Of a stretch of DNA of 64,000 bases, positions 32,597-44,000 are shown piece after piece. Numbering within the stretch: position 1 is the first letter of the stretch; each line of letters opens with the position of its first letter. A program made the position numbers and the translations under genes. The DNA is from Candidatus Eiseniibacteriota bacterium (lineage in GTDB: Bacteria > Eisenbacteria > RBG-16-71-46 > CAVPCR01), in contig CAWGMA010000004.1 in NCBI GenBank assembly GCA_963823555.1, positions 96,001 to 160,000 on the forward strand, given 5' to 3'. Under the pieces are notes generated by a model. That model saw only the letters and a list, made by a program, of their open reading frames with translations, was not told where the DNA came from and ran no database searches.

Positions 32597-33778
32597 CTAG
32601 CCGCCGGAGACCGCCTCCTCGGCGGCGGCGGCGGGCGGCGTGGCGTCATCGAGATCGTCGAGGAACCCCATCGGCAAGGCGACCGATTGCGTGCCTGATG
32701 ACTTGCCACGCCGGGCGCGCATCGCGTGCGGCGGGAAAGGTTGGGCAAGGTCGGCTGCGGCCAGGATCGCTTCGAGCTCGGCCAGCGTCTTTACCTGCAT
32801 CAACCTGGTGCGTAGCGCCGATCCGCCGGCGAATCCCTTCGTGTACCAGCCGGAGTGCTTGCGGAAGGAGCGCATCGCTGCGGTCTCGCCCTCCCATGCG
32901 GCGAGCAGCCGGGCGTGCTCGAGCATGACGGCGACCACCCCACCGAGATCGGGCGGATTCTCCGGCTCGCGCCCGGCGAACACCTGGGCCAGGTCGCGAA
33001 ACAGCCAGGGCCGGCCGAGACAGCCCCGCCCCACGATCACCCCGTCGCAGCCCGTCGTCCGCATCATGCGCAGGGCATCCTCCGCTTCCCAGATGTCCCC
33101 GTTACCGAGTACCGGGATGCGCGTCACCTGATCCTTGAGCCGGGCGATGGCCGACCAGTCCGCTTCGCCGGCGTAGAGCTGGGCCGCGGTACGAGCATGC
33201 AGCCCGACGGCGGCGCAGCCCTCGGTCTCGGCGATCCGTCCCGACTCGAGGTAGGTCGGGTAGCGGTCGTTGATGCCGATGCGGAACTTGATCGTCACCG
33301 GCACGGCGCCCGCATGAGTCACCGCTGCGCGGACGATGGCGGCGAGGAGTCTCGGCTTGAGCGGAATGGCCGCGCCGCCTCCATGCACCGTCACCTTGCG
33401 CACCGGACAGCCGAAATTCATGTCGATGTGGTCGACACGTCCCTCGCCGACCAGGAACTTGACCGCTTCGCCGACGTAGTGTGGATCCACGCCGTAGAGC
33501 TGCAGACTGCGGGTCGTCTCCTCTGGAGAAAAGCTGGCCATGAGCAGCGTCCGGCGGTGGCCGGTGACCAGGGGGCGCGCCGTGATCATCTCGCTCACGT
33601 AGAGACCGGCGCCGAAGCGGCGGCACAGGGTGCGAAATGGAGGATTGGTGACACCGGCCATGGGCGCGAGCACGACCGGCGGCCAGATCGCGAGCGGACC
33701 GATGGCTACCGGTCCAAACTCGCCGGGCCGCGCCGGTGGCACGTCACGGTTGAGATCACTCCTGTAGATGGCGTCCAT
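32597..33778 (-). CDS. dusB: tRNA-dihydrouridine synthase B
   Basis: LAPMAGVT, DMNFGCP, LHART, GNGDI and GRGCLGRPW motifs. Confidence 0.92.
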   Translation of the reverse strand: MDAIYRSDLNRDVPPARPGEFGPVAIGPLAIWPPVVLAPMAGVTNPPFRTLCRRFGAGLYVSEMITARPLVTGHRRTLLMASFSPEETTRSLQLYGVDPHYVGEAVKFLVGEGRVDHIDMNFGCPVRKVTVHGGGAAIPLKPRLLAAIVRAAVTHAGAVPVTIKFRIGINDRYPTYLESGRIAETEGCAAVGLHARTAAQLYAGEADWSAIARLKDQVTRIPVLGNGDIWEAEDALRMMRTTGCDGVIVGRGCLGRPWLFRDLAQVFAGREPENPPDLGGVVAVMLEHARLLAAWEGETAAMRSFRKHSGWYTKGFAGGSALRTRLMQVKTLAELEAILAAADLAQPFPPHAMRARRGKSSGTQSVALPMGFLDDLDDATPPAAAAEEAVSGG

Positions 33779-33839
33779 GCTGTGGAGATGGTCCCCCTGG
33801 TGCAGCCTCGATGACCGGTTTCCGGCAGAGGACCGAGTA

Positions 33840-33868
33840 TAGACCGGGTGAATCGAAACCGGTAGAAT
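33840..33868 (+). promoter_or_regulatory. Sigma-70-type promoter
   Basis: TAGACC-N17-TAGAAT upstream of the LsrF-like gene. Confidence 0.45.
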
Positions 33869-33958
33869 GTCGGGCTTCACACGGAGCGCGGAGGCGTGAT
33901 CGGGGCTGACCGGTAAGCGTCCCGCAAGGCATCTGCCGGATACCAGGGAGAGCATGAC

Positions 33959-34818
33959 ATGGACTGGGGTATGGCAAATCGGATGGCGCGCGTCATTCCC
34001 GCCGGACGGGCGCTGCTATTTCCTCGCCGATCGATCACGGCTATTTCCAGGGTCCGACGAGCCGCCTCGAGCGGCCCGGGGAAGACGATCGCCCCGCTGA
34101 CGCCCTACATCGATGCGCTCTTCGTCACGCGCGGCGTCCTGCGCGCCGGTCGTTCCGCCGAGCGTTCGAGAAGCCGATCATCCTCCGCGTCTCCGGCGGC
34201 ACCAGCATGGTCGGGAAGGATCTCGCCCACGAGGCGGTCACCACCTCGATCGAGGACGCGATGCGGCTCAACGCCGCCGCGGTCGGGATCTCGGTCTTCG
34301 TCGGCAGCGACTACGAGCACGAGACGATCGCGAACCTCGCGCGGCTCGTCAACGCGGCCGAGCCGCACGGCATCCCGGTCATGGCCGTCACCGCGGTGGG
34401 CAAGGAGCTGGAGAAGCGCGATGCCCGCTACCTCGCGCTGGCCTCGCGCATCTGCGCCGAGCAGGGGGCGCGGGTGGTGAAGACCTACTGGTGCGAGGAC
34501 GGCTTCGAGAAGGTGGTCGAGGGTTGCCCGGTGCCGGTCGTCATCGCCGGCGGGCCCAAGTGCGAGACCGAGCGCGAGGTCTTCGATTTCGTCTGGGACG
34601 GCATTCAGCGCGGAGCCATCGGGGTCAACCTCGGCCGCAACGTCTGGCAGCACGACCATCCGGTGGCGATGATCAAGGGACTGGTCGCCGTCGTCCACCA
34701 CAACGCCTCGGTGGACGAGGCGGTGGCGGTGTTCCAGGAGGAGCGGGCCCGGGGTGCCGAAGCGGCGAAGACCGCGGCGAAGCACGCGACCGCCGGCCGC
34801 CCGGCCGTGAAGGTATGA
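33959..34818 (+). CDS. lsrF: LsrF-like thiolase / DhnA-type class I aldolase; several indels in 34010-34180
   Basis: MDWGMANRM start; AIDHGYFQGPT and ILRVSGGTS are recovered across frames; ORF 34207..34818 has VKTYW, IAGGPK and GRNVWQ. Confidence 0.8.
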
Positions 34819-35912
34819 CGTCCGCGGCGAACCGGAGCGAGAAGGTGGAGACGGGGCGCCCGGCGGCGACGGCGGAGGCGTCGATGCGCGTCGCCATGTA
34901 CTACGCCAACCGGGATGTGCGGCTCGAGCAGATGCCGCGGCCGGCAATCGGCCCCGGTGAAATGCTGCTCCGCGTCGAGGCCAGCGGGATCTGCGGCAGC
35001 GATCTCATGGAGTGGTACCGGCGCGATCGGGTGCCGGTCGTGCTCGGCCACGAGGTGACGGGCATCGTCGCGGCGCTCGGCGCCGGAGTGACCCGCTTTG
35101 CCGTCGGCGACCGCGTGGTCGCCACGCATCATGTGCCTTGCTTGAGCTGCCACCACTGCCTGCGCGGTGATCACACGGTGTGCGAGACGCTCCGGCGCAC
35201 GCATTTCCATCCCGGGGGATTCGCCGAGTATCTGCGCCTCGAGCCGATCCACCTCGACCGCGGGGTCTTCAAGCTCCCGGACGAGGTCACCTTCGAGCAG
35301 GGCACCTTCGTCGAGCCGCTAGCATGCGTGGTGCGCGGCCAGCGGCGGGCGCGGATGCAGCCCGGAGATACCGTGCTCGTCATCGGAGCCGGAATCGCCG
35401 GATTGCTCCATCTCCAGTGCGCCCAGGCGCTGGGGGCGGGGCGCGTGATCGCGGTGGATCTCCTCGAGTCCCGGCTCGATCTCGCCCGCCGCCTGGGGGC
35501 TGAGCACACGCTCTCGGCGCGCGAGGATGTGCCGGCACGCGTCCGCGAGTGGAACGACGGCCGCCTCGCCGATCTCGTCATCGTGTGCGCCGGCGCGACG
35601 GCGGCGGTGGCGCAGGGATTCGCCAGCGTCGAGCGCGGGGGCACCGTTCTTCTCTTCGCTCCCACCGAACCGGGGGCGACCGTCCCCCTGTCGATCAACG
35701 ACTTCTTCTTCCGCAACGATGTGACCGTCACGAGTTCCTACGCGGGAAGCCCCGCTGATCTCACCGCCGCTCTCGAGCTCATCCGGGCCCGGCGCGTCCG
35801 GGTCGCTGAGATGATCACCCACCGCCTCGGTCTGGCCGAGACCGGCCACGGGTTCGCCCTGGTGCTCGAAGGTCGCGACTCGATGAAGGTGATCATCGAG
35901 CCGCAGCGCTAG
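34815..35912 (+). CDS. Zn-dependent alcohol/polyol dehydrogenase
   Basis: GICGSD, GHE, CxxCxxC...C and GAGIAG motifs; ATGA overlap with the upstream gene. Confidence 0.9.
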   Translation: MTSAANRSEKVETGRPAATAEASMRVAMYYANRDVRLEQMPRPAIGPGEMLLRVEASGICGSDLMEWYRRDRVPVVLGHEVTGIVAALGAGVTRFAVGDRVVATHHVPCLSCHHCLRGDHTVCETLRRTHFHPGGFAEYLRLEPIHLDRGVFKLPDEVTFEQGTFVEPLACVVRGQRRARMQPGDTVLVIGAGIAGLLHLQCAQALGAGRVIAVDLLESRLDLARRLGAEHTLSAREDVPARVREWNDGRLADLVIVCAGATAAVAQGFASVERGGTVLLFAPTEPGATVPLSINDFFFRNDVTVTSSYAGSPADLTAALELIRARRVRVAEMITHRLGLAETGHGFALVLEGRDSMKVIIEPQR

Positions 35913-36189
35913 CCCGCCCCCACCGAGCCCCCTCCCCTTCGACCCTCCCGGTTCCGCCACCGTATTTTCCCCGGCGCGTCCCTGTCTATGGGAGTCGAGG
36001 ATTCCTGGGCGGCGGCTGGATCAGGGCGAGGCCAGGCACCGGAGAGGATCCGGACCGCCCGAAACCGGCCCGCTGCCCAGGATCCGCGCTTGAGACCGGT
36101 CGGTGTCGGCGGCAGGCTGGCAGGGATGGGGACCCCCTGCTCGTCCTCGCCGCCGGCCGGCTGGTCACGCCCGGGCGGTGCCTGGCGCG

Positions 36190-37380
36190 TCAGCCGGCGA
36201 CGCGGAGCGGGCGGAAGATGCCGAATGCGCTCGTGAACCCGTGGATCTGCGTCGAGAGCCCGACCGGTCCGATCTCGCCGTTGGCGAAGAACCCGCCCAC
36301 GGGTACCCCATGGAAGCGACTCTGGAAGAGCGCGGTGTCGTGGTCGGGCTCGCCGAACAGGCCGATGCCCCGACCGAGGCAGGTGAACAGGAGCGCCCCG
36401 CGTGGGCTGGGTCGCGGCGGGCCGGCGCTGGCTCGGCTCAGGAGATCCGCCAGATCCTGTCTTGCCGCCTGGGCGTCGCGTAGCTGGAATCTCACGAGCT
36501 GTCCCTCGCGCAAGATCTCGCCGATGGCGAGCGCTCCACGCTCCGGATCGACCCCGATGATGTTGCGGATGAGATAGTCGCCGGCCTGAGGCTCGGTGAC
36601 GAGATCGACGACGATGCCCAGGGAGAGCGCGCGCTGAGCCAGGCGCTGATCTTCGGGCGGGAGCTCGGCCACCAGCTCCTGAATGACCTGGAGCGGTGGC
36701 TTGCCATCGAGCTCGAGCAGGATGTTGCGGTCGGCGCGCGTCACCTGATGCAGCTTTCCCACCGGCCGGCAGCCCTGGGCGATGACGGTATCGACGGCGA
36801 CGTTCCCCGAGAGGGCGACCGTCACCGCCCCGGCGCGAAAGGTCTCGCCTCGCAGGTAGAGCGCGTTCTGCCCGGGGCGGGCTGCGGCTGAGGCCATGCC
36901 GCCGACCTTGCGACTGGTCGGATAGGCGAAGTCGAGCCCCGCGAGGAAGTCCTCGACCGGGAAGGTGAAAGGATCGGCGAGGAGGATGAAATGGGGTGTC
37001 GGTTCGGGAGCCACACCGATCGCGTCCTGCCATGCCCGCGGGCTGCCGTCGAGATCGGGCAGCGCGTCGCCTTCGACCTGGATCGGAGTCACCGTCACCT
37101 CGGGGAGGTGAGCAGCGGCAACGGCGATTCCGGGCCGCTGCTCGATCTCGTGTCCCCCTCCGATCACGCCGCCCGCTGAACAGCCGGCAAGCATGCGGTG
37201 CGGCATGGCCGTGGCGAGCAGCCGGGGCACCTCGCGGTAGCGGGGAGCGTGGTGCGGGGAGACGAAGACCAGAGCGAGGTCGATCGTCGCGCCCGCCATC
37301 TCAGCAGTGATATGGCGCCCGACCGACGTGATGGCTTCATCCAGGGTTACAGCATCGGAAACGGCGGATGCCCATTGCAT
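36190..37380 (-). CDS. FIST N/C-domain signal transduction protein
   Basis: GCSAGGVIG, GGMAS, QGCRPVG, FTCLGRG and GFFANGEIGP motifs. Confidence 0.9.
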   Translation of the reverse strand: MQWASAVSDAVTLDEAITSVGRHITAEMAGATIDLALVFVSPHHAPRYREVPRLLATAMPHRMLAGCSAGGVIGGGHEIEQRPGIAVAAAHLPEVTVTPIQVEGDALPDLDGSPRAWQDAIGVAPEPTPHFILLADPFTFPVEDFLAGLDFAYPTSRKVGGMASAAARPGQNALYLRGETFRAGAVTVALSGNVAVDTVIAQGCRPVGKLHQVTRADRNILLELDGKPPLQVIQELVAELPPEDQRLAQRALSLGIVVDLVTEPQAGDYLIRNIIGVDPERGALAIGEILREGQLVRFQLRDAQAARQDLADLLSRASAGPPRPSPRGALLFTCLGRGIGLFGEPDHDTALFQSRFHGVPVGGFFANGEIGPVGLSTQIHGFTSAFGIFRPLRVAG

Positions 37381-37411
37381 TGGTGCGCTCCGTTCTGCGG
37401 CCGCCCCTACA

Positions 37412-37933
37412 TTACTTGAGGGGGAGGACGAAGAAAACACCTGGCCGCAGCGTGTTGTTGGTCTGGTCGACGGCGAGGAAGCCCACCCGGAAGTCGAGCC
37501 GCAGCGTGGCGCTGGACGTGATGTTGACGAGATCGACGCCGCCCCCGACCTGGAGGAAGAAGTCGGTGCCGTCCGCACTGCCGGCGCCGAGGCCGCCCCC
37601 GAAATAGGGTGTCACGCGCGAATCGAGCTGAATGTAGTAGAGGAGGTTCGCGGTCGCGGTGAAGAAGACGCCGAGATCCTCGGAGAGCGTGCCGAAGACG
37701 AATTCGGGCTCGATGACGATGCCGGAGGCGGGAGCGTAGCCGAGGGCCGAGCCCACCGCCGGTCCGGCCGCCGTGCTCCCGTTCGAGATCGTCTGCAATC
37801 CGACGAAGGGCGCCAGGTAGAGCTCCCCCTTGACGGGAGGCACGGCGGTGTTCCCGGCAGCCGGCAGCAGCAGCCCGGCAAGCAGAATCGTCAGCGGATA
37901 GGCGATCCGGCCGCTCCGGCGGATGGCGATCAT
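37412..37933 (-). CDS. Small outer-membrane beta-barrel protein
   Basis: Signal peptide; amphipathic beta-strands; TPYFGGGLG motif. Confidence 0.7.
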   Translation of the reverse strand: MIAIRRSGRIAYPLTILLAGLLLPAAGNTAVPPVKGELYLAPFVGLQTISNGSTAAGPAVGSALGYAPASGIVIEPEFVFGTLSEDLGVFFTATANLLYYIQLDSRVTPYFGGGLGAGSADGTDFFLQVGGGVDLVNITSSATLRLDFRVGFLAVDQTNNTLRPGVFFVLPLK

Positions 37934-38093
37934 CTGGTCTCCTTTGGTTCAAGTCCCCGGCGGCAATCGTCGAGGAGTTGTAGCACCGCGCGAGCGCCAG
38001 CGGCAAGGGTCGGCGCGGGGCGAACGAGACTGTGAAGATCGTGCAAAGCACGGGGTCGCGGGACCATCCTCCCGGCGCTGGGCCGATCCGGCC

Positions 38094-38831
38094 TCAGCCG
38101 ATTTCCAGATAGACCCGCTTGTTGATTCGCCCCTTGCTCTCGTGCTTGACGATCCGGACCTGTCCGACCTCACGCGTGTTCGTGACATGCGTTCCGCCAT
38201 CGGCCTGGCAGTCCAGGCCCACGATGTCGACGATCCGGATCTCTCGGATCGACTCGGGCAGGAGATTGATCTTGGTCCGGATCAGATCGGGGATGGCCAG
38301 CGCCTCGGCCCTGGGCAGCGTGTAGACGCGGATGTCGCGCGCCGCCGCGATCTCGGCATTGACCCGCGCTTCGAACTCGAGCGCCAGATCCTTGGGCATG
38401 CCTTCGAGCTCGAAATCCATGCGCGCACGGAGCGGCCTCATGTTGGAGCCGGTGACCTGCGAGCCGTAGTCGCGCCAGATGACGCCACATAGGATATGGA
38501 GCGCGGTGTGCGTGCGCATGAGCGCATGACGGTGTTCCCAGTCGAGCCGGCCGCGGATCGCGGCGCCCACGGTGGGAAGAGGAGAGCCGGCGGCAAGCTG
38601 GTGGAGGTGGCTTTCGCCATGCTTGGCCATGGCCGTGACCGGATGCTCGTCTCCTTCCCAGATGAGCACGCCGCGGTCCGCGGGTTGCCCTCCGCCGCCG
38701 GGAAAGAACGCCGTCTGGTCGAGGACGACGCCAGGAGCGCCGGCCGCCAGCACCCGGGCCGCGAATTCCCTGAGATAGGCATCGGTGTGGTAGAGCGCCC
38801 GCGTGGGCTCCAGTGTCTCGGAATCGATCAT
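38094..38831 (-). CDS. Alanyl-tRNA editing protein (AlaX-M type)
   Basis: GGGQPADRG, MRTHTALH and QADGGTHV motifs. Confidence 0.9.
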   Translation of the reverse strand: MIDSETLEPTRALYHTDAYLREFAARVLAAGAPGVVLDQTAFFPGGGGQPADRGVLIWEGDEHPVTAMAKHGESHLHQLAAGSPLPTVGAAIRGRLDWEHRHALMRTHTALHILCGVIWRDYGSQVTGSNMRPLRARMDFELEGMPKDLALEFEARVNAEIAAARDIRVYTLPRAEALAIPDLIRTKINLLPESIREIRIVDIVGLDCQADGGTHVTNTREVGQVRIVKHESKGRINKRVYLEIG

Positions 38832-38891
38832 CCCCTTGCCTCCGCCGGCCAGTCTCCCGGCCATCCGGCCGGCTGTCAACCGCCGGCCGTC

Positions 38892-38920
38892 TTGGGGACG
38901 ATGCGCGGACACGGTATAAT
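38892..38920 (+). promoter_or_regulatory. Sigma-70-type promoter
   Basis: TTGGGG-N17-TATAAT upstream of the CDS at 38986. Confidence 0.45.
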
Positions 38921-38985
38921 CATGCTTGGATCAGCGGCTTGGCCGCGAACACCTGCACGAAGTCCCCTGACCCTGAAGGGTTCCG

Positions 38986-40722
38986 ATGAACGCATCCTGG
39001 CACCCCAGCGCACCTTCTGAGTGGGCGACGCTTCTAGCCGTCCCCGTCCTCGTTCTCGGTCTGACGGCGTTCTCCCTGGCGACGGCAGCAGCCCCGCCGG
39101 CGGATGCCCCGCCCGTGTTCGATGCGCGGACCCAGACCTGGAAGTTCGAGCGCGAGATTCCGGCGGTCGTGGGCGGAGCCTCCGGACCCGAGCAGGCGCG
39201 GCTCGATTGCGACTGGTTGTTCGCGATCAACCGGCGGGTTCACGATGAGCCCGCGGGCCAGCACCTCTGGCCCGACATCGCCGTCGGTCCCGACGGCACG
39301 ATCGCCGTGGCCTGGATGGACGATCACGCCGCAGGTGGCTATCACATCTACTACAGCTTCTCCACCGACAACGGTGCGACCTGGGCCCCACCGGAACCGA
39401 TCGACACGCGCGGCGCAGGCGCTTACAGCAAGTTCGTCGACATCGAGTTCACGCCATCCGGGATGCCGGTGGCCGTCTGGGAGGACGATCGGTTCACGGC
39501 CTACAATGTCTTCTTCTCGAAGCGCGATCCGAGCGGGGGCGGTACGCCGTGGACTCCCAACGTGCGGGTCAACACGGCCGGGAGCCCGCCGAGCAGCGGC
39601 GATTTCATGAACGCGTCGATCGCCGTTCTCGACGAGGACCGCTACTTCGTCGCCTGGACCGACTGGCGCGAGGGCGCGTTCCATCAGGTCTACGCTTGCG
39701 GCACCACGGATGGCGGGGAAACCTGGGGCGCCGAGACACGGGTGAGCGATGGCCTCGGCTATCAGCCGGTTGCCGCGGATCCCTGCCTCATCGTGGATCC
39801 GACCTCCGGGCCCAATCCCGGCGAAGAGGTGCTCGCCTGCGTCACCAACGACTGGCGCGGCAATGTTCCTGGCGGGCGCTACCCCAACGTCTACTTCTAT
39901 CGCTCCACGGACGGCGGGAGCAGCTGGTCCACGGGCGTGCAGGTGAACGACGTCGAGACCTACTACCAGCAAGCGTCGTCGCACGCCCTGGTGCGCCTCG
40001 ACGATGGGACGCTCGTTGCCGGGTGGCTCAACAATCCCGACCTCATGGCCCATCACTTTCATACCTGTGCGTCGACCGATCAGGGCGCGACCTGGGAGCC
40101 GAGCGCGCAGGTGGATCCTCCCTCGGATGGTGGTTGTGGCACGTACTCCTCCATCACAGCCTTCGAGGGCTGGGTCTACGCCGGCTTCGATCTGGCCGAG
40201 ACCACATGGAACGCGTACTTCCGTGCTTCCTCGGATGGCGGGCGAAACTGGAGCGAGGATGCCTGCCGGATGGATGACGATACGAGCGGCGGAGCGGCAC
40301 AGAACACCGTTCTCGCGGCGCGGGCGATCGATGTCGTTCACGGCGCGTGGTCTGACAGCCGGCCTGGACTCACGAACTGGAAGATCTACACGGCGCGCGG
40401 GGAGCGCGGGGCAGCCGGGATCGGTGAGCCGGACGAGATCGCCGGGCCGCCCGTGGCTCGACTGCTTTGCGCACCGAATCCCTCACGCGTCGGGACCGCG
40501 GTCGAGATCAGGCTCGGCGGTGATGATGGGGCGCGCCGGCTCGCCGTCGTCGATGCCCTGGGTCGGGTGGTGCGGGAGCTCGAACTGGGCCCGGACGGCA
40601 CTGCCTCCTGGGATGGTGCGGGCGCGAGCGGTCGAGCCTTGGCCCCGGGGGTCTACTGGCTCCAGGCCCGGGGCTCGAGCGCTTGGGGAGGCACCCGGGC
40701 GAGGATCGTCCGGTTGCCCTGA
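38986..40722 (+). CDS. Secreted BNR/Asp-box (sialidase-like) beta-propeller with a C-terminal FlgD-Ig domain
   Basis: Repeated S.D.G.TW boxes (STDNGATW, TTDGGETW, STDGGSSW, STDQGATW, SSDGGRNW); APNP...WDG...PGVYW tail. Confidence 0.82.
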   Translation: MNASWHPSAPSEWATLLAVPVLVLGLTAFSLATAAAPPADAPPVFDARTQTWKFEREIPAVVGGASGPEQARLDCDWLFAINRRVHDEPAGQHLWPDIAVGPDGTIAVAWMDDHAAGGYHIYYSFSTDNGATWAPPEPIDTRGAGAYSKFVDIEFTPSGMPVAVWEDDRFTAYNVFFSKRDPSGGGTPWTPNVRVNTAGSPPSSGDFMNASIAVLDEDRYFVAWTDWREGAFHQVYACGTTDGGETWGAETRVSDGLGYQPVAADPCLIVDPTSGPNPGEEVLACVTNDWRGNVPGGRYPNVYFYRSTDGGSSWSTGVQVNDVETYYQQASSHALVRLDDGTLVAGWLNNPDLMAHHFHTCASTDQGATWEPSAQVDPPSDGGCGTYSSITAFEGWVYAGFDLAETTWNAYFRASSDGGRNWSEDACRMDDDTSGGAAQNTVLAARAIDVVHGAWSDSRPGLTNWKIYTARGERGAAGIGEPDEIAGPPVARLLCAPNPSRVGTAVEIRLGGDDGARRLAVVDALGRVVRELELGPDGTASWDGAGASGRALAPGVYWLQARGSSAWGGTRARIVRLP

Positions 40723-41059
40723 GGCAGGCAGCCCCTGGATGGTGCAGGGGCGGAGAATCGTGCGATACTCACGGATGGTGGCCATGAACTGACGCTGCCC
40801 TCTGGAGATGACACCGATGCCCCCTGAGGTGTCCCCAAGGAAGAGGCGCTCCTCGACCTCCATCCTGTCGAGCTGCCTCCCTATCACGAGCCAGCGCTGG
40901 CTCGCGCCGGCGGCGGGTCCCGTTTCGCACAGCGCCCGACCTCAGGTCGCCCGGTCCCGCTCACTGTCTTGCCCTGCTCCGCGAAATCTCCCTCGATCTC
41001 GGAGGGACGAGTCTCTCATCTTCCCGCTCCTCCTCGCGAGGAACCCACTGGAGGGCGTC

Positions 41060-44000
41060 ATGTCTGCTGCAAGGAAGCACTCTCCGGACCCCGCACCTGG
41101 CGGCATCGGTCTTGTGATCCTTCTCCTCCTCATCCCGGCGCTGGCGGCCGCCATGCCGCCCATGAACCAGCCCCCCGATGGCCCGGCCGATCGCGAGGCG
41201 TTGTCCGGTCTCGGTGGGGAGTGGGCCGCGGGCGCTCATGCTGACACGGTGTGGTTTGGCGGCAGCGGGACGGGCGACGGCACCGTGGTGCGGGGCGGGG
41301 TGTGGAACTGGGAGGCCGACTCGGGGGAGACGCCCGAGTCCTTCCCCGACGGCGACCCGGTGGGGAACCAGTACCGGGACGGATGGACCTTCCAGGACCG
41401 GACGACGCGGGGCGGCGGTCCGTCGGCGATCGGAGCGGGACACTGGCGGTCGGACGGCAGCTATGACTTCGACTTCGACAGCGGGGCGTTCGCGCACCGG
41501 GCGACGACGCACGCCAACAACGGCGCCAACGATGGCCCTGATCCGCTCCACGGCGCGTGGTCGGTGTGGATCGGGACCAACCTTCACCTGAACCCGGAGC
41601 ACTGCGGGTGGCGGCAGACGGCGGGTTACGGGGACGGGTGGTCGCAGGGGATCGCGAAGCCGTACCGGTTCCGCGCCCTACCGGGGCCGGGAGAGTTCGT
41701 GCCGCCGCCGGCGAACGCGGTGCTCGATCTCGCCTTCTTCCACCGCTACGCGGTCGAGGAGGGCTTCGACACGTTGTGGGTGGAGATCTCGGCGGATGGG
41801 ATCACATGGGAGCAGGTGGGTGGGGGCACCGGGAATGGCATCTGGAACGGGGGCGAGCGGCAGGCCCCGTTGCCCGGTCCCCTGGGAGGTGCGGCCACAG
41901 CCGCGCTCGGCACGTGGCCCGGGGGCGAGGGGGATCTCTGGGTACGGCTCAGGCTCGCGAGCGACTCCTTCAGCTCGGACGAGGCCGATGGCGGGGACTT
42001 CCTCTACGGCTGGCAGGTGGACGACCTCGCGCTCAGGGCCGATGGCGTGCCGGTCGATGTCACCGACTTCGAGAGCGGGATGGGGGGCTGGGAGCCGCGG
42101 CGGTTCGAGGGGTTCGACTTCCTCCTGACGGGGGATCCGTTGCGTCCGGCGGGACGCTTCGTCCCGCTCGCCGATCTCGCCTGCCCGCCCGAAGTGGACT
42201 GCCCCGAGGGCTGCGGGCTCGAGAACCGAGTCCTCATCTTCGTCGACAAGGACGACTGCGACCAGAACGACGAGTTCGCCGACACCGGCATCGTCTCGCC
42301 CGCCTTCGCCATCGGTGGACCGACCAACCCCGACATCGACGGCGACAGCGGCCGCTTGATCCGGGCCGACGTCTACCACGACTTCGGCGTGGGGTTGTTC
42401 ACCACGGGCTTGAGCTTCTGCTACTTCTACTGGCCCGCGGACGCGAACCACTGCCCGTATACCCCCCCGGCCGGAGCCCCGGGCGCCGGCGCCACGTTCA
42501 ACTGGTCGCGGATCGGCTTCTTGACCTGCGATTACTTCTCGGGCGGCACGGGGGCGGTGTGCCTGACGAACTTCCTCGATGACATCTCCTCGAGCTTACC
42601 GGCAACGGCCGACTCGGTGATCCTCACGGTCGGAGGCTACTCATCCTGCCGCTCGCGCCCCGACTGCGACATCGACGACAGCGGGACGCCGTTCTTCGAC
42701 AATGTCCGGTTCGGAGTCTTCGATCCCGCTTCCATCCCTGCCGTGTCGCATACGGTTGGTCGGTATGCGGACAGCTTCCCGATTGCTGATGGCGACATCG
42801 TGACGATGCCCGGGCGCATGGATGGGGCGGGCAGCCAGGCCCAGAGTCTCGGTATCGAGAACCCACTGCGGTGGGTGCGGTACGACTCGTCACTGGTCTA
42901 CTCCGCCGCGGAGAACGCCGCCGTCTATCTCCGCTTCCGGGTGACGCCGGGGGCCTGCCAGCCCGATCTGAATCACGCCTTCTTTGCGGCGTTTCCTCCC
43001 TATCAGTGGCATGCGGCACGGATGGACACAACGAGAAGAGCGACCACCCACCCCAACGAGTACATGACCTGCTTCCACGAGGACGATCCACGCAACGGCA
43101 CCTTCTGGACCGGGATGCCGCCGGCGGTCGAGCCCTGCGATGACATCCTTCCTGACGGTCTCTTCACGCCCGGGACGGTCGTCCACTACTTCTTCGAGCT
43201 CCGCGATGCATCGACGGGGCGAGTCACCGGGACCTTCCCGCGCGGGCCAGGCCAGCGCCCCATCACCAGCGCCGAGAACTTCAAGGATCTCTGGCTCGAG
43301 TCGAGCATCCTTCCCGAGCTCGATCCGAGCTGCGACGGCACCTATGCCAACACCCTCCTCGTCGTGAACGACTTCACGACGAACGCGGTGCCGGGGCGGG
43401 GCACGGTCGAGCGTTCGCGGCTCATGGCGACGCTCGAGAGCCTTGGGCTCGATTTCGATGTCTACGACGTCGTGGGCACCAACTACACCGGCGTCTACGA
43501 CGGCATCGGCCGCCGCGAGGACCACGAGGCGCAGGTGCCGCGTCCGCCCACGAACGGCGCTACCACGCTCCAGCTCGCGCCCTACGACTGCATCTGGTAC
43601 ACGGGCGGTCTCCTGAGCTCGGGTGTGATGCTGAGCGATGAGCTGACGCTAGCGGCCTTCGGCGGACACGCGTCGAACGATCAGCAGAAGCTCGAGGGCT
43701 GGCTCGCCGGTTGCGCGGACGGAGCGAACCGGCTCCTCTTCCTCGAGGGGTTGGGCTGGGCGTCCTTCATCGATGCCAGCACGATCCACGGCGCGGATTT
43801 CCTGGCTGGTCGCGGCGTCGACGTCCTGGCGCGCGACTATGCGCAGGAGCTCGCCGCCAACGACCTCCGGCGCTGCGCGCGGATCGCGGGCACGGCGCTC
43901 GCTCCCACGTTCACGGGTGAGGTCTTCGGATCGGGTTGCCCGGACGATCTCCCGCTCGATGTGTTCGCGGCGGTGAACGGCGGCGAGGGGGTGGCCCATT

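Noticed and set aside
40798..40846. Glycine-riboswitch-like words (CCTCTGGAGA...CACCGA...GAGGT...AAGGA)
   Set aside because: It lacks P2, the GAAGG bulge and CUCUCAGG, and the downstream gene is unrelated to glycine.
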